A model generated the notes under the pieces. It saw nothing but the letters and a program-made list of their open reading frames with translations, made no database searches and had not been told where the DNA came from. Positions 24,464-36,949 of a stretch of DNA of 64,000 nucleotides are shown one piece after another. Origin of the DNA: Hormiphora californensis (lineage: Eukaryota > Animalia > Ctenophora); the NCBI GenBank assembly GCA_020137815.1, contig CM035358.1, positions 6,572,001 through 6,636,000 on the forward strand, given 5' to 3'. The position numbers and the translations under genes were made by a program. Positions within the stretch are counted from its first letter, which is position 1, and each line of letters begins with the position of its first letter.

Positions 24464-26045
24464 CCGTGTGCGGCAAAAAAAAGGCCCCCCCTAGACCACC
24501 ATAGTTGCCGATGTGGTGGAGAGCTGTAACTTGGCAGGGTTGCTCCACTATGTCTATCTTGATCCTGACAGAAAAATCAGAGCTCTAGCTCAAAATTCAT
24601 TTTCATGAACGGAATGAACTTCTCCGTTCCTTCGATATGAGACCCCCTCATCATTCAGAATTTTTTGCCCGTCTTTGGCTAACGATTATCTTTGTAATGA
24701 GACCAATTTGAGCATAATCTGATTACCAGGAGAGACACAGTGGAGGGTTTTCCGACCGTCACTCCTGACATGTGATCCAGGCCCGGTCACGTGGTGAAAA
24801 GTGGGTTTGGGGTGCTGTTAACATGTCTCAATAACGGATTATTGCTCTCATATCCCTTGAATATCCCTCCACAATGCTCTCAAGTCACTTTGTGATGCTG
24901 ATTGATTGGGTTCATGTCACCAGTTCTTGTCAAAGTTCTCAAGCGGCCCGTGATACGAGATCATTTCATCAAGGAGGGGCCATCTTGTGTCACTAATCAG
25001 CCTATCATCTCACATTACACTAGCCAAGGGATCTGGGGTATTTAAATCTTCAAATGTTCATCAAAATCATTCCCAATCGTTACTTGCAATGCATTTTACA
25101 CCCGAACAGAGGAACTTCATCTGGCTCGCCAGTCTAATCGCTCTCCTGCGGGTGGACTGGATTGGTGTTGTCTGTGTGTCTCTCAGTACTGCTGTTGTGG
25201 AAGCAGGACCTGTAGCAGACTTCCTCCTTCCGGATCGTCCAGGATTGTTGTTTTTGGAGTGGCCCTCGTCTGAAACTGTCCGATGGATCTTTCTGCAGGA
25301 CTTCTTGGATGGGGCATGGCGGCCAAACTTGATAAAGAACTCCTGTTCGATGGTGGGGTAGAGGGTGTTGGTTTCCTTCTTGAGCCAGATGAAGTTCCTC
25401 TGTTCGGGTGTAAAATGCATTGCAAGTAACGATTGGGAATGATTTTGATGAACATTTGAAGATTTAAATACCCCAGATCCCTTGGCTAGTGTAATGTGAG
25501 ATGATAGGCTGATTAGTGACACAAGATGGCCCCTCCTTGATGAAATGATCTCGTATCACGGGCCGCTTGAGAACTTTGACAAGAACTGGTGACATGAACC
25601 CAATCAATCAGCATCACAAAGTGACTTGAGAGCATTGTGGAGGGATATTCAAGGGATATGAGAGCAATAATCCGTTATTGAGACATGTTAACAGCACCCC
25701 AAACCCACTTTTCACCACGTGACCGGGCCTGGATCACATGTCAGGAGTGACGGTCGGAAAACCCTCCACTGTGTCTCTCCTGGTAATCAGATTATGCTCA
25801 AATTGGTCTCATTACAAAGATAATCGTTAGCCAAAGACGGGCAAAAAATTCTGAATGATGAGGGGGTCTCATATCGAAGGAACGGAGAAGTTCATTCCGT
25901 TCATGAAAATGAATTTTGAGCTAGAGCTCTGATTTTTCTGTCAGGATCAAGATAGACATAGTGGAGCAACCCTGCCAAGTTACAGCTCTCCACCACATCG
26001 GCAACTATGGTGGTCTAGGGGGGGCCTTTTTTTTGCCGCACACGG
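24464..26045. mobile_element. Tc1/mariner-superfamily foldback element: 664-bp inverted arms, 254-bp spacer, TA TSD
   Basis: Arm 24464-25127 is the reverse complement of 25382-26045 (no net indel, no mismatch noticed); TA at 24462-24463 and 26046-26047. Confidence 0.95.
25128..25420 (-). pseudogene. Truncated N-terminal HTH region of a Tc1/mariner-like transposase
   Basis: MHFTPEQRNFIW..EFFIKFGRHAPSKKSCRKIHRTVSDEGH..SGRRKSAT..V..P.QSTRRRAIRL resembles the paired-like HTH with SGRP-type linker and STRR motif. It breaks at the arm junction and has no DDE/D domain. Confidence 0.75.
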
Positions 26046-26225
26046 TACTGAGCACTGAAAAGTTGTAGTCTACACTAAAGTCGGATTTTTTGAAACTGTC
26101 ACCCCCCTGGGTATTTTCAAATTTCGTAAATTACCATAAATCCGGTTCCTGACGAGATAGAGACTTGAAATTTGGAGGTTACGAAGATCTTGCTAGGTTC
26201 TTCCGAACCTCCAAATTTCAAGTCT

Positions 26226-26502
26226 TGTTAAGGGTGTATGTAGCGCTGGTTAGTGAATGGGTGAGCGATGATAGATTGGTTCTGGGGTAAGGAACACGGA
26301 AATAAACAGATCTGTCGAAATGAATTATTCGACAGGAATATGTATAGTCTTCGGTGTTTTAGCTCAGTGATCGCTCGTGATATCGATCTTGACAACGCTC
26401 CTTCTTCCGTCTTCGTCGTGGTTTAAATACTCTTCCTCAAATCCAGATTGACGTAGATTCCTCGTGTTAAACATAGAGATTGTTGTGACCATCTCCTCTA
26501 AC
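26226..26502. mobile_element. Possible solo LTR
   Basis: Bounded by TGTTA..TAACA and contains AATAAA; no TSD or partner LTR found. Confidence 0.25.
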
Positions 26503-27549
26503 AGTTCAGGTTGTTGTGACTATCTCCGCAAGTGCTATGTTGTTATGACTATCTCCACAATGATCTCATTCGGTCCAAGCTGTTCCGAGTAACTATGCCG
26601 TACCAAATCCAATTTGAAGTGGGTGAATAAATATATATTCAATTTAAAGAAGAGTGGGTAGGAACCCAATTTATCGGGGGTGCACATGAGTGTACATATT
26701 TGTAATGACGAAAAGAGGTGTATAACACATCCATACACCAAATTTTTAAGAATAAATTTCGGTCCCGTGGACCGACAAATTATTCGTGAAATAATCCACC
26801 GCTTTAATCGACTGCTTGGACATTTGTCTATCGAACAGATTTATCACCATTAAATTATGGTATTTCGGTTTCTCTTGGCACAGGGACTAAAATTTTTCAT
26901 CCCTGCAATTTTCAATCCTCTTTTGGCACCAGCTTTGATGCAGTGAGTCGCGGTAGCCCATGGTTAAATGATAGTGGACCAACCCGCACTGTTTGATCCC
27001 ATTTAGGCAATTTATAATGATTATTTTGACAGTGTGACTTACTACATCAGTATAGTCGTATGAAACCCGATAGTTGATTTATCAGTCGTTTGAAGATTTT
27101 GCGCGCTCATGATAACTGCTAGCTGGGGGATTTAACACCCTCCTCGCGGTTTATCAGGCCAGTGTCCTTTTTCACGCGTTTCTCTTCATTTGAATAACAT
27201 GCGTGTAAAATTCTAAGTATTGAAAATGTGTGTAAACACACAGTTCTGTCAACAAAAGAAAGGGGAAACATGTCTGCAACACGTTTCAATGTTATCTCTC
27301 TCATAAGGAGTGAAAAGAATCACATTCCATTCATTTCTCTCTCTCATTGTCTCTTTTACTGTTCATTACCTCTGACAGTGTGTATTGCCCCTAATCTTTC
27401 TCTCTCTTTCTCAAACATGTTAGGAACAGTAGACACTAAGTCTACACACATTTTCAGGGTATCTGTTGACTATTTACCAGCAGTTCTAGTGTGTTTCACC
27501 TTGTGTTGTGTCTCTTATTTGTGTGTAATTACTATCGGGTTTCATAAAA

Positions 27550-27742
27550 TATGAACGTTTGTTAGCCTATCGCGTTATAGGTTTAAATCACCTCCCCCTC
27601 ACCCTCGGCTGGCGCCTCGGGATCGGAGTCGGGATTTAAACCAGTTTAATCGCCCTGCCGGGCGATTAAACTCCAGTTGGCTGTCCCCAGCTCGCGCTGG
27701 GAACAGCCAACTTCATAACGCGCCAGTCTACAAACGTTCATA
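27550..27742. other. Nested multi-hairpin (four-way junction) element
   Basis: Closing stems 27550-27561/27731-27742 and 27571-27578/27715-27722 enclose three hairpins (27580-27642, 27643-27672, 27675-27712). Confidence 0.85.
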
Positions 27743-29112
27743 CTTCATTTGTATGTTTTTTATTTCACAGCTAGTTTTTTGGACCCGTAAATCTGACGTT
27801 TGTTTCTACGAGGAAAGTGCTTATGGCCATTAGCATATTTCCAGAAACTACTAGTCCAGGTATCTTTTTAGCTTGCATCTTCACAAAACATGTTCCATTG
27901 TTCCTCGGAGTAGTGGGGATTTACTGCTTCTTCTCTAGCTGTTTTCTCCTCGCCTTCTCCGCTCTGTACATCCTCAGCATCACCTTTTCTTCCGGTGTGT
28001 ACAGCTTTGAAGCTCCCGCGATATATGCCAAGTCCATCTTTCCTCTGGGTTTCTTCAGAGGTTTCCCTGGAACGTTGAATTCTGGCTCTATCTTTACTGG
28101 TGCTGGGATTGAAGGTCCAGCTTCTGTTTCATCTGTTGGTTGAACAGCTATAGGTAAGTCTGGTTGCCCTTCTTCGTCAGTAGTCATCTTCGTGTGACTT
28201 TCCTCCGTCTCGTTAGTCGTTAACTCTGGTTCGCTTTCGTCCGATTCATCAGTCATCATCTCTAGCTCCAGTTGCCTTTCCTCCGCTCATTAGCTATCTC
28301 TGGTAGCCTCTCCGGAGGTAATTACGTGTGTTCAATGCAAGGCTGCCAAAAATACAGCTGTTTATACTGTGCCAATGCCGTGGGATTAAGGATAAGGCTG
28401 TACTAACATTATGCATACCAACCACACACCGGCCGATTAAGATGAAGCCATGAAACTGGTGTTGTTATGACAATACCTCAAGCTACACCGCTAAATAACT
28501 CACTCATAACAATCACCGCGGGGCTCAAACGACGACACAAGTTTTCACCTACTAAGATAACATGACAGAGCAACAGGGGAGGTTTTGACTTACTAAATAA
28601 CATAAGGCATGCAGGTACTTACAAGACACGTACACTCACTCCACTCCTTTTTAAACTATCCAGAATCTCATACGAATCCGCTGCCATATCAAGCTTGTAT
28701 ACACAATTTAGCAGGGTCTCTCCCTTCTTCCTCCATAAAGACGCTAACACGGGCCTCGCACTGGTAGCGCCTCTCAAACTCCTTGTCCTCAATCGCACTT
28801 TCTTCTCTGCAGGAGATAAAGGGGAGTTAGTCAACATAGCCCGGGGGCGGGGGAGGGAGGGTGTTGAGGAATGAGTATTCAATAGTGGGGCGAGATCAGT
28901 TAGCACGGAGAAGGATTATAGTGAGCTCAGTGAAATCCGGGATATTGGAATGCTTTTAGGTAAGAAGGTGCATGCTTTTAGGTGAGAAGGTGCAGTTTTA
29001 AGTTCGTGACCTCCATCCTTTCACGTTTTACGTGCCAACTCAGCAATGAGGGGATCTTGACATCAAGAATCCTAGATTATATAGGCCACCCTCTGCCGGG
29101 AATCTGTTTAAA

Positions 29113-29213
29113 CCAGGAACCGACGAAACAAGTAAACAACAATCAGAACTCGTTATTTAGGTCACGTGACTGGTATCAGCCAATCAGGAACCAGTTTTCC
29201 TGATTCGTCGGTT
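29113..29213 (+). mobile_element. hAT-type MITE family A nested in the Gypsy element
   Basis: CAGGAACCGAC..GTCACGTGAC..GATTCGTCGGTT with small deletions. Confidence 0.85.
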
Positions 29214-29960
29214 TCTCCCGCTCTGGGATGGTAGTCTGGCTCCGTCTAACAGCTCAAAGAACCTCTTGAATTCCTTCCTCCCCATATCCATATCCCGTTT
29301 CCTGAGGACGTACACATTGCAAAGCTGTACAACCGCCATCCTCTTTCCTTCCCCTCACTATCCTGGATTCATTAGCTATCCCTCTGTAGCCTCTCCGTCG
29401 TTACATCAGCCATTGTCTCTGGCTGAACTTTCCTCCGTCCAGCAGTTCGTTACGTCTGTGATGTATCGTGTTTCTGTTGTCCCCTTGTCTCCTGGGACCT
29501 CCGAGACGGTTATAATTGACCTCCCATAGGTTCCTGTCCCTGGAAGAAGTCCGCCTCTCGCAGGTATTGGTGTTGACGCACTAACTGGATCAGTATCTCT
29601 GATCTCGCCTATGGGCTGCGTCACCTCTGCATGTTCCTCAATCTCTGCTCCCGAATGAGCCGTAGAGAAAGGATCCTGTTCATCTTCTTGGCTCCCAACT
29701 GAGCTGCTAGCCGCCGGTACAGAACTGGGTGTGTTGCTAGTCGATTTCCGGAATGAGTAGAATCCCCAATCCTCGTCATCAGAACTGGATGAGCTGGAAG
29801 AACTTTCCACATTATACTCTGGCATCCTAGTAGTTACATTTTTTTGAATGGTATTTTCTTTTCTCAATTCATTCACCTTATCATTGGGTGAGTCAGAGTA
29901 TTTGTTCTTCTTGTACAGCTTCATTTTTGATGTTGACTAGTTTTTTCTCTGTTTCTGTTT

Positions 29961-31033
29961 TTACAATGTAATTGTGGTCAGATAACTTTTCTGTGATGAG
30001 GTACGGTCCTTCAAATCTTGGTAGCCATTTTGTTGAGCTGGTTTTACGAGCAGCATGCAATATTGTCCCTCTTCGAAGAAGGGTCCGTGCACGTGTTTGT
30101 CATACGCAGCTTTCATGTATTTGGCTTTTTCTTGTATAGATTTGACCGCCTCTCTAGTTACCTTTTGTATCTTCATGTATGTTTCATAAATTGTTTTTCA
30201 CGTGTGTCACACAATTCATTTTCTGCTTTTTCTGTTCTCTCATTATCGACAACAAACAAATCTCTTGGGGCAGCAAGTTCCCTAGAGAATACTAGAAAAT
30301 TTGCAGTATGTTTTGTTTTTGAACTCTTTAAACAGTTCATGGTGAATGTTATGTATCCGATCCATTGATCAAATTCATTTGTTGTTGTGGTGTTAAACAC
30401 GTTCGTATACATGTGTTTATACGTTTGTTCTGCTTCACATAACCCATTTGCTTGTGAGTGCCAAGCCACTCCGTGTTTGCTTTGTATGTCGAACATCTTC
30501 AACATAGCTTGGAATAATTTTGAGGTAAAAGCAGATCCCAGATCATGCCTAATGGATTTCATAACACCTAGACGTTGTATCCATTCCCTCACAATAACTC
30601 TGGCAGCCTCTTCGGCCCCAGTTGATTTCACGGGTATTGCTACCACATAATTTGAAAATTGGTCCACCATGACCAATAATGCAGTGTACCCTCTTGCATT
30701 TGGTGTTTTGGAGCGTTCCAAAAAATCAATTGCCACACACTGTCCAATTCCGTGTATGTCATTGGTTTTAGTGGTGCTTTTTTGAATCTGTGGGGCTGTT
30801 TCCCCTGGCACATTTTAAGCATGCATCGCAGTACATGTGGAACATTTTCCGTTGTTTGTAAAAGTAGTATGTCTGTTGACAACGCTTAGACATGTTTCGA
30901 AACCCATGACCGTTCTTGTCATGGTAAGCGTACATTGTTCTCCTACGAGAGTGTGTGGTAGAACAGTTAATGTTCTGTCATTTTCTTTGTTGTTGGGGTC
31001 TATAAACCTCTTTTGAGTACCCATTTTCAACAT
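29961..31033 (-). pseudogene. Gypsy integrase (frameshifted)
   Basis: VAIDF..LLVMVDQFSNYVVAIPVKS..IRHDLGSAFTSKLF..WHSQANGLCE is an rve core with D,D,E; C-terminal MKAAYDK..FEEGQ. Confidence 0.9.
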
Positions 31034-31292
31034 GTAACCTTTTTATCTGTCTCCAGTAGTGGAGAAGTTCAGCCGGTGTTTCCTGCTAGACAGATGTTTT
31101 GGTGTGTCCTTGTTCTTTAGCCAACCAATGACTGTTGACAATGTTACATCATCAGCATAATCTTGCTTTATCTCTGTCAGAGTGACAGGTATATCGATTG
31201 CAAGTGATTTGTTGACCTGAACCACGTGGTCAGTTAGATTTCTTGTTTGTTCATCCGATCTCTGCATTGTATATTTTCCAAGGTTTGTGTAC

Positions 31293-31814
31293 CTACACAG
31301 TTGTTTTGGGTATTGGGTTTCGGCTCAAATAATCTGTCATACCCATGTGTACAGATTCGCCAGCAATGTGCATTATGTCAAAATTGTATTCTTCCAATTC
31401 GGCTATTTTTCTGTGAATGTAGCTACTCTCTTTCTTGAAAATGGTTTTCAAGTTTAGCAGAGCTTTACAATCAGTTAGCACTTTGAACCTTTTTGTACCC
31501 ATCAGGTACATCCGGAAGTGCTTTAGAGCATGACATAGACCAAGAAATTCTAGTCTAGTTGCCCCAAATTTTCTCTGATGCACAGGTACCGATTTTGACC
31601 AATATGCTATGGTCCTCTTTTTCCCATGTAATACTTGGTTTAGTGTGGCCCCATGGCCGATTTTACTGGAGTCAATTGTCAACTCATAATTTTGGTCAGG
31701 GTGCTGGTAGTTTGGAATCACCAAGACCGGTGTTTTTCCAAGTGCATTTTTCAAATTTTCAAATGCTTTTGTGGAAGTAGAATTCCACTCAAATTTGCGT
31801 TTCTTCTGTAGCAT
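31293..31814 (-). pseudogene. Gypsy RT connection / RNase H domain
   Basis: FEWN..AFENLKNAL..LTIDSSKIGHGATL..IAYWSK..ATRLEFLGL..ALKHFRMYLMG..VLTDCKAL..DYLSR. Confidence 0.92.
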
Positions 31815-33151
31815 GTCGTATAGCGGGGTTGCTATTTTGTGTAATCTTTTATATAGGCTCTGTTATAATTTACGCTCCCAGAAATTTTGCAGTTCTTTCA
31901 CAGACTTTGGCAATTGTAGTTTTCTTTATTGCATCCACCACGACCTGGATCAATAGAAATGCCATTTTTTGTTCATATGTGTCCGAGATAATTTTGCGTA
32001 TGCCTTCTTCCTCATGCTTCTTCTCTTTCTCTTTATGACATTATCACATTGTATTCGTCGTGCTGTGTTTTTTGTCCCCTCTCTTACTTCTTTTCATTTC
32101 TAGAACCCACTCGACTATATTTTTCATCCGCGCTCCACTTTGTATCTGTGTCTTGCGCTCTCGTCTAAGCTATTCCTCATTCGTGATATTCACCATTTTT
32201 GTGTTTGCCTTTAGTGGCTAGACAAGGTTGGTTCTCTGCGTATCCGACCCATAGCTGTTGCTTTCGGCCTTGTGCTTCCGATTAGTACAATCATCCAAGA
32301 AGCAAATTAGCGCTTTGGAAAGGAATTTGTGAACAATTCTGGCCATAGATTTTGGCCATAACTACTGCTCTGCTCGAACTTGACCCATAATGCCTCGTCC
32401 ATTGATAAGCGAGTGTTTTTTTTCATAAGGTTGACAAGCTGTTAGTGGTTTGTCTCCTGTTTTGCCCGCTCGTCGATATTTCCTACAGATTCCCTTCTCT
32501 CTTCTGACATCTCTTTTATGGGTGCACTATTACTCGCGTCCTCTTCGGTTGAAGTCCCCGCCCTTTTGTCCTAGATGAGGCTCTTAGCCACTTTTCTGCC
32601 GTCCCCTTCGCTCCTACTTGTTCTTCTCAGTTGCCCGCTATGCGTTTTCCTCAACTTTTTCTCTCTCGTACCCCTCCCCAGTGGTGTCTTCCTTTTGCGT
32701 CATTCGGTTATCCTGTCTGCTCGAGTCTTACTTTGGGGAAATGTCTTCGGGGATGCCTCCGTTTTCTATTTTGGAGCTGTCAATCTCTGAGCTCTCTCTA
32801 TTTTCCGGCAATGCCTACATCGCGTGTATTCGTTTTCGTTCCCCTTGCGCTCATCGGTCCTGCGCTTTTTCTAGCATCACCATACTCAAGTTGCTTTGGG
32901 ATCTCTACCCAACAAGATCGTTGCCCTGGATGGGGGGGGGGGTGTAATATATTTGATGTAGGGGGGTCGGAATAAACGAATATATTGTAATCGAATAAAT
33001 GGGGTGTGTGTCCAATGTCCATAATCGCCAGAGGGACAACAGTACATAGATCAGACAGAGTTATGTTTGCATCTCTGCAGAAGGACAGATAAACACAAAC
33101 ATACCAAGTTCATGATAGTGTAAAATGATGAATGATTTGAAATAGTTGTAC

Positions 33152-33604
33152 CTTAGCCTTCTCGTGAACGTTAGCCTTCATCCCCACAAAAAGGTAGAGT
33201 TCAGTTTTATGAAGGAGTATAAATCACATCTCCACTATTCAAAGAGGATACCTTGCTCTCCACAAGACAGCATTGCACCTGAAGAGGGAGAGATTGTAGG
33301 AGAGATTGTTACTTTAACTAGGAGAGAGAGTAGGAGAGATTGTTACTTTAACTAGGAGAGAGTAGGAGAGATTGTGACTTTAACTAGGGGAGAGTAGTTG
33401 AGAGCTAACTTACATTTTTCCTCCCCTTCAACATGAGAAGCATCTTTTCAGGGAATTTCGGTTCAACCATGCTCTCCTCCCCTGCTGCTTTGCTTATTTT
33501 AGCTGTACCGTCCGCATTCTTTTCTGTTTTCCGGAGCAGTGACTTGGCCGAGGAGAAGTCTATCGTCTTCTTCAGTCCGTTAATGGCAGACGTCGCCATG
33601 AGAG
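33152..33604 (-). CDS. SVIL: Two exons of a supervillin-like (gelsolin/villin family) gene with one +1 frameshift
   Basis: Exon 33604-33414 (..SAINGLKKTIDFS..KFPEKMLLMLKGRKN) joins exon 33278-33152 (VQCCLVESKVSSLNSGDV/FILLHKTELYLFVGMKANVHEKAK). This resembles the supervillin first gelsolin repeat (LMLLQIKGRRHVQ..LVEP..LNSGD.F.L..WVG..ANV.EKAK, from memory). The second exon is 127 nt, one base too long. Confidence 0.72.
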
Positions 33605-33726
33605 CTGAAATTAGTGGGTGTTAGGGCCAGGAAAGATGTATTTATGAAGGAGCAGGATGGTTTATGAAGGAGCATGATTTTTTAGCGGTGCATAGCTGAA
33701 AGAGAACTTGCATCTTTGTATGTAGC

Positions 33727-35053
33727 TGGTATTAATAAACGGGGATTCGCGGATTCGCGGATAATGTCCCGGATCGCGGATAAAATCGCGGATAATTAAT
33801 CCCGGATTGGATCGCGGATCGCGGATAAGTAATCACGGATTACGGATCGCGGATTGCGGATCGCGGATTGCGGATCGCGGATTGCGGATCGCGGATAAGT
33901 AATCGCGGATTGCGGATCGCGGATTGCAGATCGCGGATAAGTAATCGCGGATTGCGGATCGTGGATAAGTAATCGCGGATTGCGGATTGCGGATCGCGGA
34001 TAAGTAATCGCGGATTGCGGATTGCGGATCGCGGATAAAAAATCGGGGAAAAAAAATCGCGGATAAAAAATTCGGGGATAAAATCGGGGAATAAAAAATC
34101 GGGGATAAAAAATGGGCGGGATAAAAAACCGGAAAAAAAATCGCGGATAACTTTTTTTATCTCTTTTTAGGCAACTTGTGGCCCATTTTTTAGGTTTTTT
34201 TGATCGTTCCAGGTCTTTTTTGCTCATTTCTATGTAAATTTTTGGGGGCCTTTTTCTTTTACCATTTTTTTGGGCCCAGGGTTGGGTCAATTCTGGTTCT
34301 TTTCCAGGTCTTTTCCTTATATATTTGGCGTTTTTGCTAAAACCTTTTTCCGGGGGTGGTTTTAAAGAGGGTTTTCGGGGGACATTTTGGTCAATTACGA
34401 GTAATTTTGTGTAATTTTGGAAATATTTTTAGGACTCAAATGTGACCGAAGTGCCCCTAGAACCATCTAAACCCAAACCCCGAAAAGGTCTAGCCCCAAA
34501 AAATAAACCTGGAAATAAACTAGAATTGCCACGGGGGCCAAGAAAGGGGTACAAATGGCCAAATTGCCCAAAAAATTACCCAAAATGACCGGGAAATCGA
34601 TAAAAAATCACCTAAGAAGGGAACCAAAATTTCCTAAAAAAAAATAAAACCTTTACCGCGTTTTTTTATCCGCGATTTTCTATCCGCATTTTTTATCCGC
34701 GTTTTGGGTTTACCCGGAAATTTGTTACCCCAAAATTTTTTATCCTCAAAATTTTTTATCCGCGATTTTTTTTCCGAAATTTTTTTTTCCGCGATTTTTT
34801 TTTTCCCCCGATTTTTTATCCGCATTTTCAAATCCGCTTTTTTTATCCGCGTTTTTTTATCCGCGATCCGAAACCCCGGGTTTATTTAAACCGCGATCCC
34901 CCCCAATCCGAAATCCCCAAATCCGCGATCACTTTTCCCCGTCCGCAATCTGTTACTTATCCGCAAACCCCGCGATCCAATTCCCGCGATTTTTTTAAAC
35001 CGCGCCCGGGGGACATTATCCGCAAAATCCCCCGAATCCCCTTAATTAAACCA
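33727..35053. mobile_element. Foldback/MITE with arms made of GCGGAT(C/T/A) subrepeats
   Basis: Left GGGGATTCGCGGATTCGCGGATAATGTCCC matches right GGGACATTATCCGC..CGAATCCCC; the right arm is error-rich. Confidence 0.75.
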
Positions 35054-36949
35054 AAAAACTTGGGGGTGGTTTTGGTGTGTTTGGGTAGTGAGAGGGGTTT
35101 TGCTTGTACCGGGTCTTTTTTTCGAAACTGAGAAAGAAAAAAGAAGAAGAGAGAGAGAGGGAGAAAGATACCATTCTATTAAAGATCATCTCACACCGAC
35201 AAACAAATCATTCCCCACTCCGGGCTTCATTTTTCATACTCATTCTCACATGTCCCTTTCAAAACCCATTTTTAACCCATACCCTCCCCTACCAGGAAAC
35301 TTTTTCCCAACTGTTTTTTTTAATTTGGCAAATCCCGGACCATAAAAACTGGTTTTCTAATACAAAAAACTATCATAACAAATCAATAATCTGGGTTCAT
35401 AAAAAATCCAAATTTTGTCCATTTTTTCCCTCTTTGGCTTCCAAAACTTTCGTATTTCTAGTTAGTTCTTTTGGGAAGGCCCGGGGTTATATTTTCCGGT
35501 TCATTAAAAACCAGTGGTAGAAGGAGGGAAGCCCCCGGGGGGGGGGGCTTCCGCTGCAATACCCCCTAAAGGGCAGGTGTAAAAAAAATTAGGAAGGGGG
35601 GAAAGGAAAAGAGACGGAGAGACGAAGAGAAGGGGAGAGAGAGAGAGAGATGAGATAGGGCCAGGAAGAGGATAGAGATAAAAGAGGAGGTAGAGGGGAT
35701 AAAAGGAATTATTTTTCCCAGCTAAAATTAGTGTTGGGATGGGCCCCAGGCCCCCGTTATATCTTTTTTCCCCCTTTCTTTTTAAGCTTGGTTTTGGGGG
35801 GTTTTTTTAAAAAACCCTTTTTGTAAACCCGATTGGGGAGTAGGAAATAAGACATGGTCCCCGGGTATCCGGGTCTAAAATGTTTTAAAAATCCTCCTGT
35901 TAGGGGGGAACCAGGAAAAAAAAGAACGCTTTTGAATTTTCTACCCCCTTCTGCACATATATCGTCATGCCATGCGGGGAAAGGAAATAATTAAAAAACC
36001 CCCCTATTATAAAGATAAAATATGGGGAAGAGAAGGGGAGAAAGGGAAAAGGGAAAATTTAAAAAAAAAAAGGGGTTTTTTTTTAAAAACAAGAAGAGAG
36101 AAAGATATTGTATAGAAAACTTTCGTGGGGCATTTTCCACTTTTATTTAAGGATTCAAACCCCAAAACTTCACCCTATACCATTTCCTGCATTTTCTCAA
36201 GAAAACAAAAAAAATAAACCAGACAAACCGAGAACTATTTACAAAATGGAACAGAACAACCAAAAATTAAAAATCAACCCCTCACCAACTATCCACCCCA
36301 AATCCCCACTTTATTTTACTAAAAATTTAAATAACAAGGTTTAAAAACCCAAACAGATTTTCCCCAAAATTTTATCGAATTTTTTTTTAGCCACCGAGGG
36401 GTCAGATCATAATACACAATTGGTTTCACATGCCACTTTAATACGCGTTTTTACCAGTTTAGAACGTACCAGAGGTATTGGCTGAAAACAAAATAAACAG
36501 TGAAAAATTTGATTTCAAAATGTTAAGTTGTCGAAAATTTCGAATAGAAGCAAACCTTTAGATTTTTTAAAATTTAAACCTTTTTGCCAGTAAAACCCCA
36601 AACTTTTGTTCGTTTGCCCCCTTTCCCCTTTTATCTGTTTAATTATTATCCTGCTTCAATAGCTCCGCTTGCTCTTTCTCCTCCTAATACGAAGGGTGTT
36701 AGCAAAATGAAATCAGTCAACCAATCGGACGGTAAAAACAACAAAAAATTTTTAAACCAAAAAAAAAAGGAAAAAAAAACCCAATAAAGGTTGTTTTTCC
36801 CTTTTAAAAAAAAAAAAATTTTTATTTTATTGCATTATTTTTTTCATAACCCTGTTTTTCCCCCTTCCAAACAAATTACTCCCCCCGATCACTGATAAAC
36901 GATGAGATCTGGTAGAATTAAAATTGGGAAAAAAAAAACCCCATAAAAT

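Larger units (their letters stand above)
28619..32940 (-). mobile_element. Decayed Ty3/Gypsy LTR retrotransposon (ends uncertain)
   Basis: RT-connection/RNase H followed by integrase in Gypsy order, many frameshifts, RT catalytic core apparently missing; paired LTRs not identified. Confidence 0.85.

Noticed and set aside
24987-25361. Plus-strand 124-aa ORF in the foldback
   Set aside because: It shares only the duplicated start and then reads antisense to the transposase fragment.
32930-33100. Polypurine tract plus TG as an LTR boundary of the Gypsy element
   Set aside because: The orientation is opposite to the minus-strand pol and no matching second LTR was found.
33796-34290. Repetitive SAIRDP/NPQ protein
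   Set aside because: It is a translation of the GCGGAT subrepeats of a foldback element.
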